NCBI GenBank assembly: GCA_965112735.1
Contig: OZ218952.1
Span: forward strand, 3,596,001 to 3,660,000
Source: Phaeosaccion multiseriatum
Taxonomy: Eukaryota > Protista > Ochrophyta, other classes
Direction of reading: 5' to 3'
Length of the DNA stretch: 64,000 nucleotides
Positions 11,911 to 24,148 of the stretch are shown piece by piece (within the stretch, counting starts at the first letter, position 1; each line of letters begins with the position of its first letter). A program made the translations under genes and the position numbers. The notes beneath the pieces were generated by a model. That model was not told the origin of the DNA, ran no database searches, and worked only from the letters and a program-made list of their open reading frames with translations.

Positions 11911-12669
11911 GGATGACGCGAATGCCAAGACGGCCAAGAGGGGCTCCAAGAGGCCCCTCTGCCGGAGCAGTTGGTTGTACAGAGGCAGCTGCAGCACCGG
12001 AAGAAGGGGGCAGGAAGGGAGGCGGCGAAGCTTGGTGAGAAGACGGTCCAAGAACGGCGCAGGCCTTTAGTGTTGGCTCAAGAGGAGCAGCCCCACACGC
12101 CGCCATAGAAATGAGCTTGCCACAGAAATGAGCTTGTCACAGAAAGGCTTGTCTGGCTCCCTTCTCTTCCTTCTCATTACACACACCGCCACAGAAATGA
12201 GCTTTGTGTGCCTCCCATCTCTTCCTTCTCACCACCCTCCTCTCATACTCCGAGATCAGCAGCAGTTTCAGTCTCGATGGGATCCCTCCCCGCCCCCCCC
12301 CGTGGTGGACCTGCCCTTTATTGCGCTCATACACGCCCAGTGCGCAGGGCACAGTGGTAAGAGGGCTTTGAGACTAAGTAAGAGGTCACTGACGACTGAG
12401 GCGTGGGGACTGATGTCTGGCCACTGACAACTGAGCAACTGAGCACGTCAGGACGCGAGGCCGTCTTCCCTCAATGAACTCTCCCTTCCCCTCCCAAAGC
12501 CCAGGCGTAAAAGCCGCCCGTGAGGAGAAGAAGAAGGCAGAGGGGGGGTAGAGGGAAAGACCAGCTGTTGGAGGGAATGCTTGCTGCAATCACTCACCCC
12601 ACTTCCTCCGCCATATGCACTGGGCAACACATGACGCGTCGCTCGTGCTCGTCTGTACACATGACCCAC

Positions 12670-13030
12670 GATGATTCGGGCCGAGACGTACGGAGGAGAT
12701 GGGCGGGAAAGCTTCGCGCGTCGAGAGCGAAGTATCATAGAACATCACATCGAGCAGCGGTACATGGCGGCGGGAGAGTGAACAGCGCGAGCGGTGCGCT
12801 AGAGGCGGTGATGCTCTAAGGTCTGAGGACACACTCTGGAGAGAGGCGCCACGGGTCGTGTGTGGCCCAGGGAGTGCTGCTGCCTCGACAAGGTGCGAGT
12901 GGGGGTGTTGGTGCACGGACCTGCAGACTTCGTAGGGGTTCTGCTCCTCTAAGGAGGGGGGCAGGCTAGGTAGGAGGCGTTCTAGGCGTACACACACACG
13001 CATACACACACGCATACACACTAGTTAGAA
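12670..13030. repeat. ~360-bp dispersed repeat, copy 1 (upstream of the ankyrin gene)
   Basis: Colinear with 15686-16038; both end in (CA)n-AGTTAGAA. Confidence 0.9.
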
Positions 13031-14045
13031 ATACTTCGTAAAAGTGATATAGCCCCTACACGTCGCAGAGAAGAATACATCCGAAAGGAAAACTTGAGGG
13101 GCTCTCCTGGACAAGCCTGTGTATTGAGAAACGCCCGTGTGTCGTGTCGCGAGTGGTCAAGCGGTGCAATCAACGGGAGCGAGAGCGACGCTGTCGAATG
13201 GCCTTGCACTCGCTCTGTGCCATCCATGGTTCACCGAGTCACGCACGTCTCGCAGCCACCCCCCATTGTGAAAGGCATCAGACAGATGTAAGTGAATTAG
13301 ATATGGCCGAGAAGGGAAGGGGGGTCATTGACATATTCTGGGCTCCGTGCCTCTGACGCCTCTTCATTTCTATGCGGGAATGCAAAAAGAGAAAGGACCC
13401 TGATAGGCAAAGCGTGGCAAGCTATTGAGGGAGCCCTTCTTCCTCTTCGCTTGTAGTGGGGCACGCCTGGGGAGGAGGGGCTTGTCTTGAGTCAGGAAGG
13501 GGTCGGCTTGGTTCCCCCCTGCTCTCACCTAGCTTAGCGCCGCGTTGGCCTCTTCTTGCACAGAGACTGAGTGGAGGGACCGTAACAGGCTGTGAGGACA
13601 ACGCGGCGAGGGAGCCCTCCTTCCCCGACACTCTTCGTGCGACACACCTGAGGGGGACGGGCATCGCCTGCTTGGTTCCCCCGATTTTCTCTTCCCCCCG
13701 CTCTCGCCCTCTCCTGCGAGAGGCTGGGGATCGACAGGTCAACCGGTCCTCACCATGCCTCAGCAGGCCAGAGCACCCGAGGTAAGGCACAGCAGGGGCT
13801 CGCTCGGTGACCCGTCGTAGGAGCAAGGTAGATAATGTGAGGGTAGCGAGCGGAAATGAGTCTCCCTTTCGAAGGGGAGCGCGCCCAGCGTAAGCGGATG
13901 ACAACGTGTGGGAGGAGTGTTTGCGTTAGGCTCGTGAAGGAATACTCCTCCAGTCCAGTGTACTGAGCGCGATTCGCCATTCCCCACCTTCGCTTTTCGC
14001 CCTCACTGCCTTCTCTCCCGAACGCTGCACGCATGGACAAACAAG

Positions 14046-15656
14046 ATGCAACGACTCTATCGGGCCATCGTTAGAATGGAAAGCCTCTCCACTGTGAGAG
14101 CGCTGGTTAGGAAGCTCGTCGCCAATCACGGCAAAGCGATCTTGGAGATGGCTGTCGACGAAGAAGGCCTTACGGCTATGATATGGGCTGCGAGTTACGA
14201 TCGACTGGATGTCGTTGACCTTCTGCTGCAGGAGGGGGCCTCCTTCAGCACCGGGGGAGGGTCGATCGGGATCACGCCATTGATAGCGGCTAGCCGACGG
14301 GGACACAACGAGGTGGTGAGGCGGCTGTTGGATGTCGGGGCCCGTGTAGACCAAGTCGATCTCGAAGGGACGACTCCTTTGATTGCGGCTGCCGCTGAAG
14401 GGCACTTCACAACTGTGCAGCAGCTGCTTCCGGCGGGGGCCGGTGTAAATGCTGCTGATAATGAGGGAGTTACTTCAATTTCGCTGGCTTCTCAGAATGG
14501 GCACACCTCCGTCGTGGAGCAGCTCATTGCAGCGGACGCGGATGTCGACAGACCCGACAATCTCGGAAGGACTCCACTCTCCGTCGCGTCCAAATGCGGG
14601 CATGGGGGAGTGGCGCAGCGGCTGATCAGGGCCGATGCCAACATCGAAAAGGCTGACGACCAAGGCTTCACTCCGCTTTGCGCAGCCTCGGAGCAAGGTC
14701 ACACCTTCGTCGTGCAGCAGCTCCTCGATGAGCATGCCAACGTGGAGGCCAGGAGCAACAAGGGGTCTACTCCTCTTCTGCTCGCTGCTTTCAGAGGACG
14801 CTTAGCCGTGGTGGAGCGGCTTCTCTCTGCAGGAGCAAAGGTGGAGACAGCGGCCAACGATGGTGCAACACCCCTCCACTTTGCTGCTCAAGAAGGACAC
14901 GAGGCCGTGGTAGAGCGGCTTCTCTCTGCAGGAGCAAGGGTGGAGACAGCGGCCAACGATGGTGCAACACCCCTCCACCTTGCTGCTCAAGAAGGACACG
15001 AGGCCGTGGTGGAGCGGCTTCTCTCTGCAGGAGCAAAGGTGGAGACAGCAGACAACGATGGTAGAACACCCCTCCTCCTTGCTGCTCACGAAGGACACGA
15101 GGCCGTGGTGGAGCGGCTTCTCTCTGCAGGAGCAAAGGTGGAGACAGCGGCCAACAATGGTGCAACACCCCTCCACCTTGCTGCTGGAAAAGGTCACGAG
15201 GCCGTGGTGGAGCGGCTTCTCTCTGCAGGAGCAAGGGTGGAGACAGCGGCCAACAATGGTGCAACATCCCTCCACCTTGCTGCTCAAGAAGGACACGAGG
15301 CCGTCGTCGCTCGTCTCATCTCTGCCGGAACCCCGATCGATGCCCAGATGCTGAACGGCTGCACCCCACTGCTTGTCGCCATCTTCAACAATCATCCCGG
15401 CATTGCACGGCAGCTCCTGTCGGCCGATGCCTCGGTGGACAAGGCCTTGGCTGCGGCACGGAGGCATCAACTCGGCCCCGAGATTGAGCAGCGGCTCAGG
15501 GATGCGGCAGCAGCCTTCTTCCGATCCCAAAGCACGTTGGACCTGATGCGAAGGACCGATCCGACCTTCGGCAAGGAGAGGGGGATGCCGCCGCTGGAGA
15601 GGCCCTGGAGTGTCGGGAGTGATGCGTGGGAGAGCATGGCGGAGGAAATGAGCTGA
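14046..15656 (+). CDS. Intronless ankyrin-repeat protein (536 aa, ~13 repeats)
   Basis: Single ORF with repeated GxTPLHLAAxxGHxxVVxxLLxAGAxV consensus. Confidence 0.92.
   Translation: MQRLYRAIVRMESLSTVRALVRKLVANHGKAILEMAVDEEGLTAMIWAASYDRLDVVDLLLQEGASFSTGGGSIGITPLIAASRRGHNEVVRRLLDVGARVDQVDLEGTTPLIAAAAEGHFTTVQQLLPAGAGVNAADNEGVTSISLASQNGHTSVVEQLIAADADVDRPDNLGRTPLSVASKCGHGGVAQRLIRADANIEKADDQGFTPLCAASEQGHTFVVQQLLDEHANVEARSNKGSTPLLLAAFRGRLAVVERLLSAGAKVETAANDGATPLHFAAQEGHEAVVERLLSAGARVETAANDGATPLHLAAQEGHEAVVERLLSAGAKVETADNDGRTPLLLAAHEGHEAVVERLLSAGAKVETAANNGATPLHLAAGKGHEAVVERLLSAGARVETAANNGATSLHLAAQEGHEAVVARLISAGTPIDAQMLNGCTPLLVAIFNNHPGIARQLLSADASVDKALAAARRHQLGPEIEQRLRDAAAAFFRSQSTLDLMRRTDPTFGKERGMPPLERPWSVGSDAWESMAEEMS
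14805..15299 (+). repeat. Five near-identical 99-bp ankyrin-coding tandem repeats
   Basis: Units start at 14805, 14904, 15003, 15102 and 15201. Confidence 0.95.
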
Positions 15657-15685
15657 ACGGGCTAAAGGACGCGACGAGGGACGAC

Positions 15686-16038
15686 CATCATTCGGACCGA
15701 GACGCACGGACGAGATAGGCGGGAAAGCTCCGCGCATCGAGAGCGAGGTACCATGGAACATCACATAGAGCAGCGGTGCATAACGGTGGGAGAGTGAACA
15801 GCGCGAGCGGTGCGAAAGAGGCGGTGATGCTCTAGGGCCTGAGCGCGCTCTGGAGAGAGGCGCCACGGGTCGTGTGTGGCCCAGGGAGTGCTGCTGCCTC
15901 GACAAGGTGCGAGTGGGGGGGTTGGTGCATGGAGCTGCAGACTTCGTAGCGGTTTTGCTCTTCTATGGAGGGGGGCAGGCTAGGCCTGTGGCACTCTAGG
16001 CGTACACACACACACACACGCACACACACAAGTTAGAA
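15686..16038. repeat. ~350-bp dispersed repeat, copy 2 (30 bp after the ankyrin stop)
   Basis: Direct repeat of 12670-13030. A 24-bp piece (GCGCATCGAGAGCGAGGTACCATG) recurs at 17257-17280. Confidence 0.9.
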
Positions 16039-16845
16039 GAAGAATAGCCCTGCACGGTCATGGGGGAGCCAACGTCGGTGGAGCAGCTCAGAGGCAGTAG
16101 CAGCAGGAGGAGCAGAAGGGGGAGCAGCAGGGCCATCAGCAGGGCGAGAGCTTCCGAGTCGATGGATGCGGTGGGCAGGCGATGAGAGAAGGACCGGTGG
16201 TGCTCCGCTGAGTGAGGGGCATGCCCTCTGTCATGTCGGGTCGGCTCACTGTGGGGCGGTGATGGGAGAAGCGGCGGATGGCAGTGGAGGGGAAGTGGCA
16301 GGTGCCAGGCACATTCTGGGAGAGGGAGAGCTGCAGCTGCCGGGGGGGGTGGGAGGGTGGGGTAGCAGCAGCCGCAGCAATAGCAGTTGGTGATACAGTG
16401 GCAGCTATTAACTTCACTCGTTTGAACTCAAACTATAATTCGTTGAATAGTAAGTGTGGAAGTAGTAAAAGAAAAAGGGGGCGTACTCTCTCAACTCCCT
16501 ACGGACTGTGTCGCGTCATCGATGGACAAGGAGCACTTAAGCTCTGCCCAACGACCGCTCGAGGGGAGGGGAGGCACGCTACTTACACCTTTCGCCCCTG
16601 CCATCGACTGCCATGGGCCACGGCTGAGCTTCATCACCACAGCGAGTGATGATAAACGCTCTCGCAAAGTAATAACTTTAAAAAAAAAGAAAACCTGAAC
16701 CCGGGGGAAACATCACGTCGTCCGGGGTCCTGTCCTCTCCTCTCCTCTCCCCTACTCTCTATCCCTCTGCCCCCACCCTCCCTCTTTGCTTCTCTCTCTT
16801 GCGTCACTCAAGGTCTCACCTCACGCGTGACCTGTGACCTCCGTC

Positions 16846-17256
16846 TCAGTGCTGCCCGAAGAACCAATGGCTCTGGACAATCGTGGGGTCGTCTTGATAC
16901 TGGTCGCTCAGTATCCAGTTGCCGTACTCATAACGCTCCTTCTCGTACAACAGCTGCGCCCCCTTCATCACGGCGGAGGGTGCTCTAATCTGCCTACTGC
17001 TCCCACCACCACCACTACCACCACCACTATTACCACTACTACTGCTACTGTTACTGCTGTTGCTATCACGCGCCTCATCGCCTTCTCCTTCTGCCCCTCC
17101 CCCCTTCTCGACCATCTCTGTCCCTGCCGTCGTCGCCAGCGTCGTCGTAGGGATCACCAACACGTCAAGCATGTCGTCCGTCACGGCACTCACTCTACAG
17201 CAGTCAGCAAGGTCGGGCGGCAGCAGGAGGATGAGCTCCCCTTTCAAAGGGCAGCG
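16846..17256 (-). pseudogene. Orphan coding-like fragment of unknown family
   Basis: Protein-like ORF (..QLLYEKERYEYGNWILSDQYQDDPTIVQSHWFFGQH*) begins right at the 24-bp repeat piece. No coherent gene model was found. Confidence 0.3.
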
Positions 17257-17617
17257 GCGCATCGAGAGCGAGGTACCATGAAGCGGTTACACAAAATTTG
17301 TATTTTTAGTTTTTAAAAATAACAAGGGGGATCAAAAACAGAGACAATAACAGAGAGGCGTACGCCTATGTATGCATATCGAAACCCCGGCACTTGGTCT
17401 GGCAACCTCTCCTCATCTCCTCGCTCAGGAGAAGGGAGGGCACTGGGCTGCCTAGCCAATCAAATGAAAGTAGGTACACTACCCATAAATTTGAAGGGGG
17501 CCGTGGAATGTTCCCCAAGTGCATCAGCATCAATCATTCCGCTGCCGGATCGCAGCATCACCCAATCGGCTTTGCAATCGGCTTGCTCTCCTGTCGAAGC
17601 TCCCAGACCTTTGAGCA

Positions 17618-17825
17618 TCAATTGACAGGTTTGGCAATCGTCGGCTTGCCCTCTTGTTGAAGCTGCTGCACCTCAATAACCGCTTCGAAGTAGTCTATTG
17701 CGGCGCAGCGCATAAAGTGCCATCTGTGAGTGGAGGGTGCCCACCCCCTCGGCCAACCCACATGTCCACTTGGGCAGTGTGGGGAAGGGGGTGGAGCAGG
17801 GGGGAATGTGTTTGCGTGCACATGT

Positions 17826-17862
<37 letters not shown>

Positions 17863-18473
17863 GAGGAGGAGGAGGAGGAGGGGGGGGGGGAAGAGGAGGA
17901 GGGGGAGGGGGAGGAGGAGGAGGAGGAGGAGGAGGAGGGGGAGGAGGAGGAGGAGGAGGAGGAGGAGGAGGAGGAGGAGGAGGAGGAGGAGGAGAGAGAC
18001 AGTGAAGCTTTTGGAGTTGACATGACAAGGAGCAGAGAGAGGGGGGCAGAGGGTTCCCTGATCATTCCCTACGCCTCCCCCTCCCCCCTCGCTCCGTGCC
18101 CCCGTCATCCGACACCTTACGTTCTCTCACTTAAGGTTCCGAAAGCTTACGTACCCGTACGGGGTTATGAGGTACATGATGTCTTCGCAAGAGTGCGTCT
18201 CCTTGACGGGATACCTTAGGTGTGCATGCATTCAATCGTCACAAATGGCACATCCATCCAGGGGGAATGTCGACAGGCGCAGTGAAAGACCCGCAGTCAT
18301 ATGGGCAAGAGGGGGGCCGTTACGGGCAAAGGAAGGAGGAAACAAGTGTCTTAGTTCGAGGCCCACACCACTCAACTCTGCAGGTGTATATATACATCAA
18401 AAGGCGATGGAGGAAGAAAAACACATTTGGAGAGACAGTGTGAGTGTAAGGGGGAGAAGAGAACGGGAAGGGG

Positions 18474-18521
<48 letters not shown>

Positions 18522-20310
18522 AGAAGGAGACGGGAACGGGTGGTGCCCTTCCACCCCTGTCTTTTGGCCAGCCTCTTGAGACTGACTCAATGACTTACGA
18601 GTCGGAGGTCATGATTGGGTCATCGACAGCGTGCACCGCGAGTAGCGGTCTCCTTAGTAAGGAGAGCTTGCCTCCACAGCCTGCGGACATGTCACAGTAG
18701 TAGTCCTCCACAGACTGGAAGGGACGGGGGGGGAGGGAGGGAGGGAGGGAGGGAGGGAGGGAGGGAGGGAGGGAGGGAGGGAGGGAGGGAGGGAGGGAGG
18801 GAGGGAGGGAGGGAGGGAGGGAGGGAGGGAGGGAGGGAGGGAGGGAGGGAGGGAGGGAGGGAGGGAGGGAGGGAGGGAGGGAGGGAGGGAGGGAGGGAGG
18901 GAGGGAGGGAGTATGAATGGCTGGAGGCATAGACAGAAGGACGGTCAGACAGAATACGGTCCCTGCCTCTCTCTCTCTCTCCATCTGTTTTGCCTCTCTC
19001 TCTCCCTCCGCATCTTCCATCTCTCTGCACGCTCTGCACTCTCTCTCTCTCCGTCTCTCTCTTGGTCGCTCTCTCTCACTCTCTCTCTCTCCGTCTCTCT
19101 CTTGGTCGCTCTCTCTCACTCTCTCTCTCTCTCTGTGTGTGTATGTGTGTTACCTCATAGCCGTTGTAGGGCACCAGCATGGTTCTGTCAAAGTCCGTGA
19201 CCGTGTTGGCTCTCTCCACAGTCGCCAAGTCAAGCCCTCGAGAGTGCAGCAGGGACAGGTTCGGGACGATGAAGCTCTTCTGTGGAGCCATGACGCAGAG
19301 TTACGTAACAGTATGTAAGGGAAGGAGAGGAGGGGAGGGGAGGAGAGGGGAGGGTTAGTGTTGATACGGGGGGGGGAAGACGGAAAGAGTGAAAAGAGTC
19401 CAGCAAAGGATGATGTGGGTGCGGTCGGATGTGAGTGTGTGTGTATGCGTGTGTGATTGTGTATGTGCATGTGTGTGTATGTGCGTGTGTGTGCATGTGC
19501 GTGTGCGTGCGTGTGCGTGTGGTCGTGTGTGTGTGCGTGTGTTCGTGTGTGTGTTCGTGCTTGTGGGGGGGGGGTCCCTCATCTGCACCGCGACTGAGCT
19601 CAGATTCGATATCGACATTTCACTTGATTGGCAATCATCGGTATCTGTTTGGTACTTGGACGAGGCCTTATAACCTGAGGCGGAAACTGACGAAACCGAA
19701 ACCGAAACTGACCTTGAGCTCGTACGTGAGGAGGGGCTGCCAGTTCTTGGCGCTGTGTGTAAAGTTGATGTTAGTGCGTGTGTCGAACGAGCCGCCGATG
19801 GCTACTGCACAGGTCACCGGGCATTTGTCTCCAGCCTAAGGAGGAGGGGGGGGGGGAGGGAGGGAGGGATGGGGGGGGGGGAGGGGGGGCAGGAGGTTAG
19901 GGAGGAAGGGAGTGTGGGCAACGGAAAAGGGGCCCGCTCGATACCCGACACCTGACACCTGATACTCGACACCTGACACCTGATACTCACCTTACACATG
20001 TAGTTGGCAGCAACGATGGCCCCCATGCTGAAGCCCACAAGGGCGAGGGACTGTCCCTCCGCCAGCGCATCGGAGATCGCCTAGGAGGGGGGGGAACGCA
20101 CGTGCGCACACACACACGCACGCACGCACGCACGCACGGTCATAGTGGCGGTGAGGAGAGGCTTGTCACTCCTCTCTGCGCGCAAACACACGCACACACA
20201 CACATACCCACATCCACACACACACACGCACACACACACGCACACACACATACACATACACACACACCCATCCGACACACACACACATACACATACACAC
20301 ACACCCATCC

Positions 20311-20383
<73 letters not shown>

Positions 20384-20461
20384 ATACACACACACCCATC
20401 CGACACACACATACACACACATACACATACACACACACCCATCCGACACACACACATACAC

Positions 20462-20537
<76 letters not shown>

Positions 20538-20883
20538 CCATCCGACACTCGCACCCACCTGGGCAGCCGTGCCTACGTCCGACACCCTTGCTCCGTGAAA
20601 GAGAGCGTGCCCCACGACCGGCGTGCGCATCAGACCCCGAGCCTACCCCGGGGGGCGGTACCCGGGGGGGGGATCGAAAGGCAACAAAAGGCGACGATAC
20701 GATAGGGGGGTGGGGGTGTTGTCATTAGGGGGAGCTCATAGACGAAATGTAACGAAACGGCAGATCCCCCACAATAGTGGGCGCGTGCGTGGGTCGTGGC
20801 TGGCGAGAGGTGAGGAGCCTCACATGCATGGGCTGTGAGGCTGTCCCATTGAAAGTTCCTCTCTCTCCTTTTTTGGTGACTTG

Positions 20884-20937
<54 letters not shown>

Positions 20938-23900
20938 CACTTACCACCATGACGCAGGCGGTCATTCCGCGGTCGAGCGCTTCGTGCACGGTATCCAGCA
21001 CCTGCACACAGAGCAGGGGAGAGCAGAGTAGAGGCATGTGAGCAAAGCAGAAAAAGATCAGAGGCACTGGGGCATAAGAGTATGGGCAGAGGAGAGCAGA
21101 GGAGAGGCATATGGGCAGAGCAGAGCACAGCAGCACTCTGGTCCGCCGGCGCAGTTTCACTCTCTTCGCCCTCCTATCCCTCGCACGCACGCACTCACTA
21201 ACTAACTCCCTCACTCACTCACGCACGCACTCACTCACTCACTCAATCACTCACTCACTCACTCACTCACTCACGCACGCACTCACTCACTCACGCACCC
21301 ACGCACTCACTCACTCACTCACTCACTCACTCACTCACTCACTCACTCACCCACGCACTCACTCACTCACTCACTCACTCACTCACTCACTCACGCACTC
21401 ACTCACTCACTCACTCACTCACTCACTCACGCACGCACTCACTCACTCACGCACCCACGCACTCACTCACTCACTCACTCACTCACTCACGCACCCACGC
21501 ACTCACTCACTCACTCACTCACGCACTCACTCACTCACTCACTCACTCACGCACGCACTCACTCACGCACCCACGCACTCACTCACTCACTCACTCACTC
21601 ACTCACTCACTCACTCACTCACTCACTCACTCACTCACTCACTCACTCACGCACTCACGTAGGGCTCTCCGCTTCCCCCGTTCAGCCCGTGGAGAATAAG
21701 CACCACTCCCTTGGCTGCGTTGTACCCCCCTGGGGGGAAAGCCCAGTCCAGAGCAACAGCTTCACCCTCCTCCTCCCCTTCCTCCTCCTCTTGGCCCGGA
21801 CCATCGGAGGGGTAGAAACCCGGACTCGGCCCATATGCCTCTGCTACCTGAGAGGACATGAAGCATCACAGGTAAGCAGCAAGCCAATTGACTTACGAAT
21901 CCGACGGGCAGAAACGCACAATGTGTATGGGGGATCAACAGCTCGCGACGCCCCATGTGTGTGACCGAGCCGCCCGAATCACCAATGCCATTGAATTGAG
22001 AAATCCCCCTCTAGTGTCGACGCCGTGCATAATACTTAAGAGTGATTGATAACGACGTCCATACATGTCGACACCAACTCAAAGTGGGAATGCAGGCCCA
22101 TGTGTGGGAGAAACACACGCAGTCTCCTTACGTAAACCTACGTACCTTGATCCAGCGCCGGATGTACGTCATCCTGGGAGGGCCAAAGAGAAGGAAGGGG
22201 AGCATTGTTCTCGCGTCTCCGTCTCGGCAGAATGGAGTGTCTTAAGAGAGGACGACAGAGGAAGTTACGCACCGGGGGCGAGGGAGGGAGGGAGGGAGGG
22301 AGGGAGGGAGGGAGGGAGGGAGGGAGGGAGGGAGGGAGGGAAGGAGGGAAGGAGGGAGGGAGGGCGGAACGGAGAGAGGGAGGGACGGAGGGAGGGAGGG
22401 ACGGAGGGATGGAGGGTTGGAGGGAGGGAGGGAGGGAGGGAGGGACGGAGGGAGGAGGGGAGGGAGGGGGGGGGACAGTTGAGATACATACATGACGCGC
22501 CTCCCAATAAGCGTGACATCAAAAGCCTTCGCCCCACCCAGACTGACTGACTGACTGATTGACCTTCTTTCCTTCCTTCCTTCCTTCCTTCCTTCCTTCC
22601 TTCCTTCTGACCTCCGGCCTGGGTGGCGTTCTGCAGCATTGGTAGGCGATCTCGAAGGGCCTTGTTGAACTCCGTTGGAGCGAAGTACACCCCCGGGTGC
22701 ACCGCGTCTGGAGGAAGGCCTAGACCCAGCCAGCACCACCGAAACTGTGGACACGCGGGAGGGAGGCATTCATTACTCATTCGGAGTGGACAGGCACGTT
22801 CGGGGTGAGAGGGGAATGGCTGGCCGCGGCAGCAACACAATGAAAAAGACTGCCATCGCATCGGCGAAGTGACATCAGAGGAGGGAGGAGGGGGCAGGTA
22901 AATGGACCCATGGGCCACAACGGCACATGGGGCAGGACGTATGGTGAAACAACCGCACATGAGCAACGCGTACGGGGCTATGTACGGTACATCTCCCCCC
23001 TCCTGCCTGCTTCCTGCCTGCCTCCTGCCTGTGCCCCCATGCATTGTACCTGAAAGTCGAACATAGCTTGGTGAGAGAGACCGAGGATGAGCAGCAGGAC
23101 CACAGAGTCTCGGTACATGCCTGGCCTGAGGGGAGGGGAAGGGAGCAGACGGGGGGGGGAGGGGATGGGATGGGAGGGGAGGAGAGGAGAGGGGAGAGGA
23201 TCATTGATTTAAGCAGCATCGACTGGTCACCTGCCTTCGCTCTTTCTCCCTCCCCTCACGTCTCGCACCCCCCTCCTAGAAAAGTTTGACTCGTATCTGA
23301 GCGTCTTCCATTCTTTCGTGCGACTTACTCCATCAGGGCCGAGAGGAAGAGGGCGAAGAGCATGAGCTGAATGGACGCCAGCTGCCAAGTTAGACGGGCG
23401 AGGCACACGCATATTCGGAATGCGGTAGTCGGAGTGAGGGGGTGGAAGCTCAGGAGGGAAGTCGATTCAGCAGCCCCACCCTGAAAGTTGATTTTCGTTC
23501 TCCGCTGCCTGCTTCTGCTCCTGCTGTTGCTCCTGATACTGCTGGTGCAACTCTCGCTGGAGTTTGTAGAAACGCCGGCAGTGCTCTTCTCAGCAAGGTG
23601 TTCTCCCTCTCTCCTCCGCTGATCCTTCTCCTCTGTTTCCTTCTCATCCTTTCCCAAACGATGAAGATACGGGTAGTCGACAGTCATACCCACTTCGCTG
23701 AGTCTCTGCAGAAAAGCCTGAGTCGAGGCAGGAAGGTTTCCATCAACTTCTGCCTCCTCAGTCGATTCGGGCAGCTTTTCACGCTCCGAGTCGTGCATTT
23801 TCCCCGGAGGACACGGAGAAGAGGCGACCGATTCAGGCGCAAAGTCCCTTTCCACAGCTAATGTCTGTCCATTCGAACAAGCATCTGGTCCTGCTGTCAT
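17618..23900 (-). CDS. Alpha/beta hydrolase, ABHD1-3/YheT/EMB8 family, with N-terminal TM segments
   Basis: About 13 exons, approximately 23900-23329, 23126-23050, 22745-22612, 22240-22146, 21847-21659, 21001-20945, 20642-20559, 20080-19991, 19835-19713, 19279-19154, 18714-18599, 18215-18156 and 17768-17618. Motifs: ALDW, LILHGLNGGSGEPY, GFSMG nucleophile, TDFDR, SVEDYY, HAVDDPI, YGGHVGW. Confidence 0.9.
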
Positions 23901-24148
23901 GGCGCGTCGGAGCTCGGATTGGAAATGGAAACATCGAAACAATTACTGTAGCAGATCGATCTGGAACAAGTTCACATGTTGGAGATACAACTTGGCGACG
24001 ACGTCGCCTTTTTAATTTCGTCGCTGCTCTCTGATCGCTCTCTCTCTCTGTCTTGTTCCTCATTGCGCCTGCTTTGTCGCTACCTTGTTGTCTCAGCAAG
24101 GGTAGCCTGACTACAGCTACTGCACCGGTCTACGGGCAATGGCCGGCC
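23901..24148. promoter_or_regulatory. Probable bidirectional promoter (ABHD / PIG-H)
   Basis: 248 bp between divergent ATGs; position-based inference only. Confidence 0.5.

Noticed and set aside
12670-16038. LTR retrotransposon carrying the ankyrin gene
   Set aside because: No TG...CA termini, PBS/PPT, TSD or gag/pol seen; kept only as direct repeats.
16846-16848. In-frame TGA as selenocysteine in the orphan fragment
   Set aside because: No recognisable selenoprotein context or SECIS could be supported.
20081-21662. Long ORFs such as poly-VC, poly-HT, poly-THSL and poly-EGGR/PPSL throughout the ORF track
   Set aside because: They are translations of intronic microsatellites that lack stop codons, not genes.
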